From NCBI GenBank assembly GCA_963743635.1, contig CAVUQO010000002.1:224001-288000 (forward strand): a stretch of DNA of 64,000 nt, given 5' to 3'. The position numbers and the translations under genes are program-made. This document shows, piece after piece, positions 20,587 through 29,211 of the stretch (its first letter is position 1; each line of letters begins with the position of its first letter). The notes below the pieces were generated by a model. It searched no databases, was not told the DNA's origin, and saw nothing but the letters and a program-made list of their open reading frames with translations. The DNA is from Candidatus Babeliales bacterium. Lineage in GTDB: Bacteria; Babelota; Babeliae; Babelales; Vermiphilaceae.

Positions 20587-20675
20587 AGGAGAGAGAGGGA
20601 TTCGAACCCCCGATCCCGATCTCTCGAGATAACGGTTTTCAAGACCGCCGCATTCAACCGCTCTGCCATCTCTCC
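20584..20675 (-). tRNA. tRNA-Ser(TGA)
   Basis: GGAGAGATGGCAGAGCGG...CT-TGA-AA, long variable arm, TTCGAATC, CCA. Confidence 0.95.
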
Positions 20676-20730
20676 GAACCTATTGGAATGCTATATATTG
20701 TACGTTTTCTTAAAAAAAAATCAAATAATA

Positions 20731-21258
20731 CTATGCTTCAGCATATTCTTTGATTCGCTGAATCAATTGTGAGGTCGAAATACCTTTGGTATAGGGTACC
20801 GTCCTGAATATATTGAGAGAAATTGGGACTTCATAATAATAGGCCATTTTCTCCTCCTCAAAGTCACCGCCGTGGACGACGATATCTATGGAATGCTCAT
20901 CTAACCACTCTTGAGTTATTTTTGAGGGGGCATTGGGCAATACTTCATCGACGTATCTGCAAGCTTGAACCGATTTCATCCGTTCTTCCATGGTTAAAAT
21001 TGGCTTGCGCTTATAGGTTTTAATATCTTTATCTGAACAAACACCCACGACAAGTTGATCACCTAGCTGTTTTGCTTGTCTGAGAAATTCTACATGCCCA
21101 TAGTGAAATAGATCTGCAATGATATCGACGTAAACCCGAACTGGCTTATTTTTACGTGATAGATGCGCAGCGCTATTATGCTTTACGTAGTGCTGAACCA
21201 CGAGCGTACCAAAAAGAAGTGTTAAAACGGTTGGTATATACCAGGCGCCTCGTTCCAT
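20731..21258 (-). CDS. Cytidylyltransferase (ethanolamine/choline-phosphate CT-like) with N-terminal TM
   Basis: DLFHYGH, ER..SV.ACRYVDEV, DIVVHGGD, YTKGISTS. Confidence 0.85.
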   Translation of the reverse strand: MERGAWYIPTVLTLLFGTLVVQHYVKHNSAAHLSRKNKPVRVYVDIIADLFHYGHVEFLRQAKQLGDQLVVGVCSDKDIKTYKRKPILTMEERMKSVQACRYVDEVLPNAPSKITQEWLDEHSIDIVVHGGDFEEEKMAYYYEVPISLNIFRTVPYTKGISTSQLIQRIKEYAEA

Positions 21259-21456
21259 TGATGACCTTTAGAATGCGATGAATTTTATCATCGAACGGTA
21301 TGATTTTTTAAGCTTTTTGTCAAACTTTTATGCGCTCGCAGAGGAGCCATATGAAAAAATTCGGGTAGGATTGGGAGTTTTTGGAAAGAGAAGAGTTTTA
21401 GAATGAATACCTATGGTGGCCATAGGTTTTACGAGTAATGATTTTTAAAGGGCTGA

Positions 21457-21539
21457 CTTGCCATTTTTCAATCCTCGTCAGCTGAAAGCTTTCTTCGTCC
21501 TTCGATTAACTCAGGATGACCGGGGATAAAAATGAATGG
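21457..21539 (+). repeat. tRNA-3'-associated element, family A, copy 2 (inverted relative to its tRNA)
   Basis: CATTTTTCAATCCTCGTCAGCTG...GATAAAAATGAATGG, ends at the CCA of tRNA-Arg. Confidence 0.85.
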
Positions 21540-21613
21540 TGCGCCTAAGAGGAATTGAACCTCTAACCTTCAGATTCGTAGTCTGACGCTCTATCCAATT
21601 GAGCTATAGGCGC
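21537..21613 (-). tRNA. tRNA-Arg(ACG)
   Basis: GCGCCTATAGCTCAATTGGATAGAGC..CT-ACG-AA..CCA. Confidence 0.95.
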
Positions 21614-21728
21614 ATTAAATATCAATTTTCTATAGTATACGTAGCTTTTGAGTAATGCTCAAGCTTGTCTATTTCATTTTCCTTACTTGGAACTTATTTT
21701 GCTTTGTGAGCAAGATGGTTACAAGGAG

Positions 21729-21863
21729 GTCCGTCTACGCCTTCGGCTTCTTCGGACAGTCTTCGCTTTATCCTTTTTTGCTATTAATGTAACAATCATT
21801 AAAAAAGGTGGCGAAGCCAGACGAAGCTTGCCGAGCCTGAAGGCCCGGATAAGCGAAGACTGG
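21729..21863 (-). repeat. tRNA-3'-associated element, family B, copy 1
   Basis: CCAGTCTTCGCT...AGCTTCGTCTGG..GCCA...AGCGAAGACTGTCCGA...GCGTAGACGGAC; homologous to 56271-56418. Confidence 0.8.
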
Positions 21864-21951
21864 TGGAGAGAGAGGGATTCGAACCCTCGTGCCCGGTTTC
21901 CCAGACTCTTGCTTAGCAGGCAAGCGCTTTAGTCCACTCAGCCATCTCTCC
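21861..21951 (-). tRNA. tRNA-Ser(GCT)
   Basis: GGAGAGATGGCTGAGTGG..CT-GCT-AA, long variable arm, CCA. Confidence 0.95.
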
Positions 21952-22115
21952 GACAAAAATTTTATAGAATTAAGTGTTAGAACACTCGCTTTTAAAGGAT
22001 AAAGTATTTAGTAGTTTATGCAAGTGTAAGTATAGTATATCTTGTTGTAAAATGCATTGGGAGAGGGGTTATTGTAGTAACATCATGCTTCAATCGGTCG
22101 TACAAGGAATAATAA

Positions 22116-22400
22116 ATGCTTATTATAGAGGTAAAAGTGGTCCCTAGCTCAGGTAAGTCTGAATGCAAATTGGATAAGTCGGGGCGCTTGAAATGCTACC
22201 TCAAAAGCCCCCCAGAGCGCAATGAGGCCAATAATGAGTTAGTGAAATTGTTTGCCAAAGCCTTAAAGCTTACTCAAAACGAGGTCGAGATTGTCTCGGG
22301 AATGACGAGTCGAACCAAGAAATTGAAAATTTTAAAATCTATCACTGAAGATGAGTTATTAGCGCATTTAGGAATTCAACGTCAATTAACAGTGTGGTAA
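22116..22400 (+). CDS. DUF167/YggU family protein
   Basis: V.V.P, PP....AN.EL...AK, IVSG.TSR.K. Confidence 0.85.
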   Translation: MLIIEVKVVPSSGKSECKLDKSGRLKCYLKSPPERNEANNELVKLFAKALKLTQNEVEIVSGMTSRTKKLKILKSITEDELLAHLGIQRQLTVW

Positions 22401-22410
22401 ATGCGGGAAG

Positions 22411-23613
22411 GTGTATATGCCTTATTTTCGTTGGAAAGGAATTGATCTGCAGGGAACGGAGCGGGCGGGCCGTTCATGCGCAGCATCATTGGAAGATCTT
22501 GATACGCAGTTAATGCATCAAAATGTTGCATTGCTCAACAGCAAGCAGCTTTCGAGCCGCTTATTTGAGCGCCCAGTCAGCATGGACGTGAAGATTCAAT
22601 TCTTCAAAAGCTTGGCTACACTCCTTGAAGCCGGGGTTATGCTTCCTGAGGCGCTTGCCTTGGTGGCAGAGCAAGTCCGGCATATTGAATTTCATGAGGC
22701 TCTATACGCAATTAAACGTCAGGTAGAAACCGGCATCACTTTGAGTGATGCGATGGCAAAACATCGCCATATTTTCAATCCACTCATGATTGAAATGGTT
22801 GGAATTGGTTATGAGACCGGCGGTTTGGCAGTATCCTTGGAACGCCTGGTTTCCTATCTTGAAACAATGCAGGACTTTAGAAAAAAAATTCGCATGGCAT
22901 TGACCATGCCGCTCATCACATTTTTATTCTTCGTTGTTATTGCAATAGTACTCGTGATCTGCGTGGTGCCGCAATTTGAATCATTTTTCGCTTCACTCAA
23001 ACAGCCCCTGCCGACCAGTACACGCATTGTTTTACAGGTGAGTGCCTTTATACGTTCTTATGGCATACCTCTGTTGGGGCTTATTGGCATATCTATTGGT
23101 ACATGCGTTTGTTTGTATCGCGTCAATATGCAGGCACGCTATTGTTTTGATCGCCTGATGTTAGCAATACCATTTTTCGGACCATTAATGCTGACCCGGA
23201 TGTGTGCGCAGATCTCGCAAGCGCTGGCACTGCTTCTTGAGGGAGGCATAACGGTAGTGCATGCACTTTCGATCATAACCTCGCTCGTTGATAATATGGT
23301 GCTGCGCGATGTCTTGATTCGCGTGAAGCATGATGTTGAGGCAGGAATGCAGGTGAGCGACGCATTGACGCGCCAAGGAAATAGCTACCTTGGTTCGGAC
23401 GCCATTGCGTTAATACGGGTTGGTGAAACGTCTGCAACCTTGGGGCCAATGTTTGCTGCCGCCGCTCGACGTTACCAGGAATCAGTGACCTACACCTTGC
23501 AATGGCTTTTAAATCTCATGCAGCCATTGGTGGTTGTATTATTGGGCATTCTGATCACTGGCCTCATTATGGCAATTTATCTGCCAATAATGACGATTTC
23601 TTGGGGAATATAA
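22411..23613 (+). CDS. pilC: Type II secretion/type IV pilus platform protein (GspF/PilC)
   Basis: Two T2SSF domains (LATLLEAGV.L.EAL; G.ETG.L), three TM segments, AIYLPI. Confidence 0.9.
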   Translation: MYMPYFRWKGIDLQGTERAGRSCAASLEDLDTQLMHQNVALLNSKQLSSRLFERPVSMDVKIQFFKSLATLLEAGVMLPEALALVAEQVRHIEFHEALYAIKRQVETGITLSDAMAKHRHIFNPLMIEMVGIGYETGGLAVSLERLVSYLETMQDFRKKIRMALTMPLITFLFFVVIAIVLVICVVPQFESFFASLKQPLPTSTRIVLQVSAFIRSYGIPLLGLIGISIGTCVCLYRVNMQARYCFDRLMLAIPFFGPLMLTRMCAQISQALALLLEGGITVVHALSIITSLVDNMVLRDVLIRVKHDVEAGMQVSDALTRQGNSYLGSDAIALIRVGETSATLGPMFAAAARRYQESVTYTLQWLLNLMQPLVVVLLGILITGLIMAIYLPIMTISWGI

Positions 23614-23693
23614 TTATATTCATCGATTGACGTTTTAGGCAGTTTCAAGTACGCTATAATCCTATTCTTTAGAGATCTTTAGATCAATTTATA

Positions 23694-23780
23694 GCCGGGG
23701 TGGCGAAATTGGTAGACGCACGGGACTCAAAATCCCGCGGTAGTAATACTGTATCGGTTCGAGTCCGATCCCCGGCACCA
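23694..23780 (+). tRNA. tRNA-Leu(CAA)
   Basis: GCCGGGGTGGCGAAATTGGTAGACGC..CT-CAA-AA..CCA. Confidence 0.95.
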
Positions 23781-23838
23781 TTCATTTTTCAATCCTCGTG
23801 AGTTGAGGACTTTCTTCGCAGCCGATAAAAATGAATGG
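23778..23838 (+). repeat. tRNA-3'-associated element, family A, copy 3 (61 bp)
   Basis: CCATTCATTTTT...AAAAATGAATGG perfect 12-bp terminal inverted repeat. Confidence 0.9.
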
Positions 23839-24011
23839 CAGGCCACCTTCGCTAAAGCTTGCTGCTTGGCTTCAATTTTCCTAAAATCATTAACGGCTGG
23901 TGCCTGCTTTTTCAATAAATTCCCATCTTCATAAATTTTTCACTCACATCTGCAAAAAAGCAGTATAATAACAATGTTGTTTTTATAACTCTCTTTTCGT
24001 GTAGGTGCGGT

Positions 24012-24344
24012 ATGACAGAACAAAATTGTGTCTTTTGTGGCATTATCAATAAAAAAATTCCAGCAACGGTTATTGTTGAGAATGATCATGTGATTGTCAT
24101 TAATGATATTCATCCTAAAGCACCAGTACATTATCTGGTTATTCCCAAAAAACATGTTTCCGATTTTATGACGCTCACCGATGATACTGTCTTGCAAGAT
24201 CTTAAAAAAATGATTCAAAAGATTGGTCTTTCATTGCCGGGTCAATCATTTCGGTTGCTCATGAATAATGGTGCGGGCGCTGGTCAGAGTGTATTTCATC
24301 TTCATTTTCATATGCTTGCGGGCAAAAATATGGGTGGATTCTAA
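24012..24344 (+). CDS. hinT: HIT family nucleotide-binding protein
   Basis: CVFC, DIHP.AP.H.LVIPKKH, GQSVFHLHFH. Confidence 0.92.
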   Translation: MTEQNCVFCGIINKKIPATVIVENDHVIVINDIHPKAPVHYLVIPKKHVSDFMTLTDDTVLQDLKKMIQKIGLSLPGQSFRLLMNNGAGAGQSVFHLHFHMLAGKNMGGF

Positions 24345-24437
24345 TTATTTTTCCTTTTTGTGATTCTTGTTGTTTTTATGTACCATTTCTTTCCAGACTT
24401 TGTGAGACTATTGTTCACTGGTCACTGGGGAGATATA

Positions 24438-25193
24438 ATGAAGCTGTTATTGCGAACTACGGGATTGTTACTGTTAAGTGTATGTTACCTTGAAGGCAGA
24501 GATATGATGATAATAGCCCATCGTGGAGCTTCAGGACGAGAACCAGAAAATACTATGCGTGCATTTGAGAAGGCTGTTGAATATCGTGCTGATATGATTG
24601 AGTTTGACGTGCATGCATGTGGATCGGGTGAGATAGTTATTATGCATGATGACACTCTCGAACGAACAACCAATGGCTATGGAGAGGTTGGCAAAACGCC
24701 ACTTGCTGGATTACAGCGGCTTGATGCAGGTCTTGGTGAGCCGATTCCAACATTGCAAAAAGTGTTGGATACTTTTCGTGGCATAATAAAACTTGATATT
24801 GAACTCAAAGGAAAACATACCGGAGAGCCAGTTGCGGATCTGCTCCATGAATATATTTACCATTATAAGTGGCCCGTTACAGATATTCTCGTAACCTCTT
24901 TTCTTCATGAAGAATTATTGAAATTGCATGCGATTATGCCAGTAGTTCGCTTGGGTAAGATCTTTGATGACGGCGAATCGATTGAATATGATGCAGCGCT
25001 TTTTTGTGTTATTGTAGTGCCCTATTCGGCACTTACCTCAGAGTTGGTGCAACATGCGCATGCCCGTGGGGTACAAGTTCTGGTCTATACGCTCAATGAA
25101 CGTGAGCAGATATTGCATGCGGTGCAGTGCCAAGTAGATGGTATTATTTCCGATAATCCTGATATTGCTCGATCGATATGCGTACAGCGCTGA
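24438..25193 (+). CDS. Glycerophosphodiester phosphodiesterase (signal peptide)
   Basis: IAHRGASG..PENT..AF, EFDV, HD..LERTT, DGIISDNP. Confidence 0.92.
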   Translation: MKLLLRTTGLLLLSVCYLEGRDMMIIAHRGASGREPENTMRAFEKAVEYRADMIEFDVHACGSGEIVIMHDDTLERTTNGYGEVGKTPLAGLQRLDAGLGEPIPTLQKVLDTFRGIIKLDIELKGKHTGEPVADLLHEYIYHYKWPVTDILVTSFLHEELLKLHAIMPVVRLGKIFDDGESIEYDAALFCVIVVPYSALTSELVQHAHARGVQVLVYTLNEREQILHAVQCQVDGIISDNPDIARSICVQR

Positions 25194-25215
25194 CTGCGCA
25201 TAAAAGAGTAGTTTT

Positions 25216-26118
25216 TCATTCTTGAATTACAGGAATTTCTTTTGTGATTGTTTTCAGCTCATCTTGATAAAAAAGCGCGAGGCCGATAAATACGATAATG
25301 CTTGATGCATAAAAAGGCCATGTCGTAGTTTCATTGAGCCACAGCCATCCATAAAACGCTGCAAAAAAGGGAGAAATAAAGCCTGCAAAGGACACAAAAG
25401 TTGCAGTATATTTTTTTAATAAATACGCATACAAATTCTGACAAATCAGGCTGCCAACAATAGTTACCAACACAAGTAATCCAAGAAAACGGGGAGTATC
25501 AGTAACTGGATACCAACCTTCAAAGAATGGCGCCGTGAGCAGCGCGCAAAATCCACCTCCAAACATGGAGATGCCGTTAATTATAATGGGGGAGTAATGG
25601 GTTTCTCGCACCAATTTGCGAATGATAATCAATGTATAACTATGGGCAACCACAGAGGCAAGGACCGCAATTTCCGGCCATAGGGTACTCGCTGCTGTTT
25701 CTGCGGACGATGAACTAATAAGAATGGGAAAGAAGCCTATAAAACCTATGATTAAGCCTATCCATTGTTTGCGCGTCATCACTTCATTGAGCATGAAATA
25801 AGAAAAGAGTGCAGAAGCAAAAGGCGATAGATTAAACATGAACATTGTTTTCGCAGACGGCAGGAACTGAAAACCCCAAAAGCGAATGATATACGTGAAA
25901 TAAATGCCAAAAAAAGTTATTTGGACAAACATCCAGAGATGTTCTTTTTTGATATGAAAGCTTTCCTGAGTACGAAAATATTGGTAGACCATCATTACAG
26001 CACCGGCAAGGCCAAAGCGAGCAGCAATATAAAAGATAGGTTTACAACATCCAAAGATAAGTTTTGTGAGCGTAAGGGTCAGAGCCCAAAGCGCATAGTG
26101 GATTATAATTAACAGCAT
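25216..26118 (-). CDS. DMT/EamA family transporter
   Basis: About 10 TM, two EamA repeats. Confidence 0.88.
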   Translation of the reverse strand: MLLIIIHYALWALTLTLTKLIFGCCKPIFYIAARFGLAGAVMMVYQYFRTQESFHIKKEHLWMFVQITFFGIYFTYIIRFWGFQFLPSAKTMFMFNLSPFASALFSYFMLNEVMTRKQWIGLIIGFIGFFPILISSSSAETAASTLWPEIAVLASVVAHSYTLIIIRKLVRETHYSPIIINGISMFGGGFCALLTAPFFEGWYPVTDTPRFLGLLVLVTIVGSLICQNLYAYLLKKYTATFVSFAGFISPFFAAFYGWLWLNETTTWPFYASSIIVFIGLALFYQDELKTITKEIPVIQE

Positions 26119-26189
26119 AGTGGTCTATCGCTTTTAAAAAAAGGGTGGCGGGCAGTGATGCGTTATAGATATAACAACGAGGCATTCTT

Positions 26190-27158
26190 TTATTCAAGTA
26201 TTTCTGGAATTTCTTGTTTTATTGATTCCATTTCATCTTGATAGAAGAGTAAAAGTCCAATAAAAACAATGACGCTTGATACATAAAAATGCGGCGTTAT
26301 CTTTTCACTCAGCCATAACCAGCCATACAATGCTGCAAATAAGGGAGACATAAAGCCCGCAAAGGAAAGAAATGTGGCGGTGTACACTTTAAGCAGATAA
26401 GCATACAAATTGTGGCAAATAAGATTGCTAATTAAAATGACGCACGCCAACAATTTGGCAAATTCTAAAAAGTTGGTGACGGGACTGAGGCCTTCATAGT
26501 AAGGAGATGTGATGAGTGCGCATATGCCGCCAACAAACATAGTAAGTCCATTGATCATAGCAGGTGAATAGCTGTTATCACGTACGAGCTTACGAATAAC
26601 AATCCAATTATAACTATGACTTATTACCGAAGCGAGTACTGCAAGTTCTGGCCATGGAATACCGAATTGTGTTGGGGTAATGCCTTCAGTAATTTTTGGC
26701 GTGGTGGTCAACAGATTCCAGAATGCATTTAAAGCAGCAATTGGTGATAAAGGGCTTATTAAAATAGGAATGAATCCTATGACGCCAATACATAGACCAA
26801 GCCATTTTTTGCGCGACATTTCTTCATTTAAAAATATGTATGAAAAGAGAGCTGATAAAAAAGGTGCTAAGTTGAACATAAACATTGCTTTTGAAGCGGG
26901 CAAATATTTGAGTCCCCAAAATCGAATGATGTAGGTAAAATATATGCCAAAAAATACTACCTGCGCGTAAAGCCAGAAATGTTCTCGCTTGAAATGAAAA
27001 TCTTTACGCGCATAAATATATTGATAAGCCAAAAGCAGCATGCCTGCGAGAGACATGCGGGCACCGATATAAAAAATAGGTGCGGTGAAATCGAACATCT
27101 TTTTGCTGATTACAACGGAAAGCGCAAACAGTGCGTAAAGAATTATAATTAATATCAT
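26190..27158 (-). CDS. DMT/EamA family transporter (tandem paralog)
   Basis: Shares FFGIYFTYIIRFWG, MFMFNL.PF.SALFSY and FYQDE with its neighbour. Confidence 0.88.
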   Translation of the reverse strand: MILIIILYALFALSVVISKKMFDFTAPIFYIGARMSLAGMLLLAYQYIYARKDFHFKREHFWLYAQVVFFGIYFTYIIRFWGLKYLPASKAMFMFNLAPFLSALFSYIFLNEEMSRKKWLGLCIGVIGFIPILISPLSPIAALNAFWNLLTTTPKITEGITPTQFGIPWPELAVLASVISHSYNWIVIRKLVRDNSYSPAMINGLTMFVGGICALITSPYYEGLSPVTNFLEFAKLLACVILISNLICHNLYAYLLKVYTATFLSFAGFMSPLFAALYGWLWLSEKITPHFYVSSVIVFIGLLLFYQDEMESIKQEIPEILE

Positions 27159-27252
27159 AGGATTATCATTTAAATGAGTGGTACATATACTGAAAACTTA
27201 GTGTACCACATTATTGTGCTCAAAGTAGTATAATTATGTAGAGATCGGCTTT

Positions 27253-28320
27253 TTATGCTGTAGTAGTCTGGTTATTGGGTAGAATTTTTCCTGCAAAATT
27301 TCGTACCGCATTTCTATATTCATGTTTTTTAATCAAAAGATTATTGGCATGGCGTGAACCTTGAAAAATAACGAGCTCGTCCTGGCCGTTATTATGGTTT
27401 TCTTTTAGTGTCTGAATGTTCGTAAGCGGCGCATATTGATCACTCTCTTCATGTATATAGAGTATCGGTGTATCTTTCAGTATCTGAATTTTATCATCAA
27501 CACGAGAGACATGATCATGTTCCTGAATACCCCCCTTGACCAGTCCGATAGCAAGGCTCGTGAGTGGATAGCCAACCGAATTCCAAATGATTTTGTGTAA
27601 AAGGCGGTTTGATACTGCTGCGGTTCTATCGTTGCAGAAGATCCAACTGCGTAATATTTGAGAGAGCAACACATGCTTAAAGTGATAGTAACCAGCCGGC
27701 ACCACCTGCATACTTGAAGTGAATGCACTATCAAGAATGATTCCTTTAACGTTATACTTCTCTAATTCATTCTTTTTTTGGAGTTCACACAGTGCTCGCA
27801 GCGTATGAAAACCACCAGCACATAAGCCGAGCGTGATGAGCGGTTTCGTATTATCTTTGTTGTGCGCATAATCCATAGCGCCAATGACGTCTTTATAATG
27901 ATGCTTGCCATAGCGTCGCAGCTTAGCTACAAAGCTCAGGAGAGCGTTATTCTCACCTTGCCTGCGTGCATCAAAAAAAAGAATATTACTTTCATCGGGA
28001 AGGAGTTTTACGAGCGTTGACATTCCTTCCTTATTATTGGGAAAAAATCCGCCGGAGACAATGGTAGTATGAGTTGCGTTAGTTCTCGGGACCCAGATTC
28101 CATGAATATTAAAGTTATCCTGTGTGGTGAAGATAATTGATTCGGCGTTGTAATATTTTTTTAGATGCTCTCTGACACCGCTCTGATTTTTCAAAAGATT
28201 ATTGGTATCAAAAAGGGGATCATCATCAAGATTTGTGCTCGGGGCAGGTAATTCTGGCAATGAAAAGGCGGGGGCAGAACTTAAGAGTAATAATGGGATC
28301 AGGAGGGTGCGTATCATCAT
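27253..28320 (-). CDS. Secreted alpha/beta-hydrolase-fold protein
   Basis: FTTQD...IHG.W, FDARRQGE, GLCAGG at nucleophile elbow, LDSAF, D and H catalytic-position motifs. Confidence 0.65.
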   Translation of the reverse strand: MMIRTLLIPLLLLSSAPAFSLPELPAPSTNLDDDPLFDTNNLLKNQSGVREHLKKYYNAESIIFTTQDNFNIHGIWVPRTNATHTTIVSGGFFPNNKEGMSTLVKLLPDESNILFFDARRQGENNALLSFVAKLRRYGKHHYKDVIGAMDYAHNKDNTKPLITLGLCAGGFHTLRALCELQKKNELEKYNVKGIILDSAFTSSMQVVPAGYYHFKHVLLSQILRSWIFCNDRTAAVSNRLLHKIIWNSVGYPLTSLAIGLVKGGIQEHDHVSRVDDKIQILKDTPILYIHEESDQYAPLTNIQTLKENHNNGQDELVIFQGSRHANNLLIKKHEYRNAVRNFAGKILPNNQTTTA

Positions 28321-28404
28321 ATTAATTCCAAGGAATGGACTAGTTTTAGATATTGTCGGCGTCTAGTCTATGATATTGCATTATTAATGCAAAAAATTGT
28401 CACA

Positions 28405-28435
28405 AAAAAGGGGACCAATGTGGTCCCCTTTTTTT
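28405..28435. terminator. Intrinsic terminator
   Basis: AAAAAGGGGACCA-atg-TGGTCCCCTTTTTTT. Confidence 0.8.
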
Positions 28436-28451
28436 GTAATTCCTGTGATTT

Positions 28452-28976
28452 TTATTGGTAGAATCCTGACAAATTCTTACCTGCATCTTGTACTTTTACT
28501 TCTGGAAGTACTTTTGTCATTACGTTTCCATTATTATTCACCGCATACCATACCGTTAATCTGGTATTAGCTGAGTGAGGCTTGAAGATGTGATAATAAT
28601 AATTTCCTGGAGCAACTTGGATCTCTGATACCATTTGACCTGGTACATTTGCCGCTACCATGATTTTCTCTTTAGTGTCTAAGTTGGGCGCTGCCGCTTC
28701 TTGCTTTGAATTATTTGCAAGAGTGATGTTTGTTTGTTTAGTTGAGCTCATCATGCCACTCTTAAATGCCGGTATACTGATGAATACAGAGTTTTTGGTT
28801 TTTTCGTTATTCCAAAAATGGAATTTATTTTTATTCTTTTTATCAGCAATCCAAGTCTTAGCGTCGTTGACTTCTTGTGCTGATAACGCGGCAGGTTCAC
28901 TAGTTGGCTTAGCGGCATGCAGTGCGATTGTGCTCACGATGAGTGATACCGCTAATAGTACTTTATTGGTTTTCAT
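28452..28976 (-). CDS. Secreted hypothetical protein
   Basis: AAGGAG RBS; signal peptide ...STIALHA-AKP. Confidence 0.7.
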   Translation of the reverse strand: MKTNKVLLAVSLIVSTIALHAAKPTSEPAALSAQEVNDAKTWIADKKNKNKFHFWNNEKTKNSVFISIPAFKSGMMSSTKQTNITLANNSKQEAAAPNLDTKEKIMVAANVPGQMVSEIQVAPGNYYYHIFKPHSANTRLTVWYAVNNNGNVMTKVLPEVKVQDAGKNLSGFYQ

Positions 28977-29211
28977 ACTCTTCTCCTTTTGAAGTATGAT
29001 TAATAATATAACAATTTCCATCATAGCAAGGGCGTATGTTTGAAATAAAGAGTTTTGTAATTTAATGTTAATTCCAGGTAGGATTTATGGAATAAGGGGG
29101 CTAAAAGTGGCAAAAATGTATTATTTTTGGAGGTCGGTGGCGGCTTTTTTTTGATTAATGAGTATACTAGGGAGTCATGCTGATAAGGTAATTATAAATA
29201 AAGGGGTGTCT

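Noticed and set aside
20504..23838. Repeats as a CRISPR array or prophage att sites
   Set aside because: There is no regular repeat-spacer periodicity, no cas or integrase gene, and no duplicated tRNA 3' half.
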